The notes under the pieces: model-generated | The model's database searches: none | Told to the model about the DNA's origin: nothing | The model's input: the letters and a program-made list of their open reading frames with translations, nothing else | Virus record (IMG/VR): IMGVR_UViG_3300037851_000268 | Coordinates: 1 to 44,033 of that record | DNA length: 44,033 nucleotides | DNA from: a virus | Lineage: Duplodnaviria > Caudoviricetes | Strand: one strand, 5' to 3' | Translations under genes and position numbers: made by a program | Shown: positions 43,831 to 44,033 of the stretch, piece after piece | Layout: each line of letters begins with the position of its first letter | Numbering within the stretch: the first letter of the stretch is position 1

Positions 43831-44033
43831 GGGCTAGTCCTCCAACTGAATGGGCACGCCGCTGCGGTAGTGCTTCAGCGTCTTGGTGATGTCGCCGTCG
43901 GTCAGCCCCCGGTCGTGGAGCACCTTGGCGAAGGGGGCCGCGAGCGTCGAGGCCGCGCCCGGCGCACGGCCACCGGCCCGCTCGGTGAACACGGGCGGCT
44001 CGTCCTGCGGCTGCGCCGTCCGCTGCGCCGGCT
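43814..44033. repeat. Terminal direct repeat, copy 2
   Basis: Matches 1-220 with one mismatch. Confidence 0.95.

Overview
This window is an apparently complete, circularly permuted tailed-phage genome (unit length about 43,813 bp; 1-220 recurs at 43814-44033) with very high GC. Most genes are on the minus strand. The morphogenesis order is TerS, TerL, portal, GroES-like co-chaperonin, scaffold, then across the junction a decoration protein, Mu gpT-like major capsid, fibre proteins with an embedded glycosyltransferase, adaptor and tail hub, and several large ejection-type proteins. No tape measure or sheath gene is visible, which suggests a P22-like podovirus. A lysis block (holin-like protein, M15 peptidase, alpha/beta hydrolase) follows. 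The early region holds an HTH gene, ERF recombinase, an iteron-containing replication initiator, a truncated C5-methyltransferase running into a VRR-NUC domain, and an HNH nuclease. Three plus-strand islands have related sigma70 promoters. I found no recognisable integrase, CI repressor or DNA polymerase. The most notable signals are: (1) a ~310-nt multi-branched non-coding RNA between a sigma70 promoter and the capsid operon; (2) a second, inverted, iteron-expanded non-coding copy of the replication origin; (3) ejection-type proteins carrying HhH-GPD glycosylase-like, possible SAM-lyase-like and HExxH peptidase domains; (4) accessory genes bracketed by duplicated gene-junction repeats. All protein calls come from motif recognition by eye; no searches were run.
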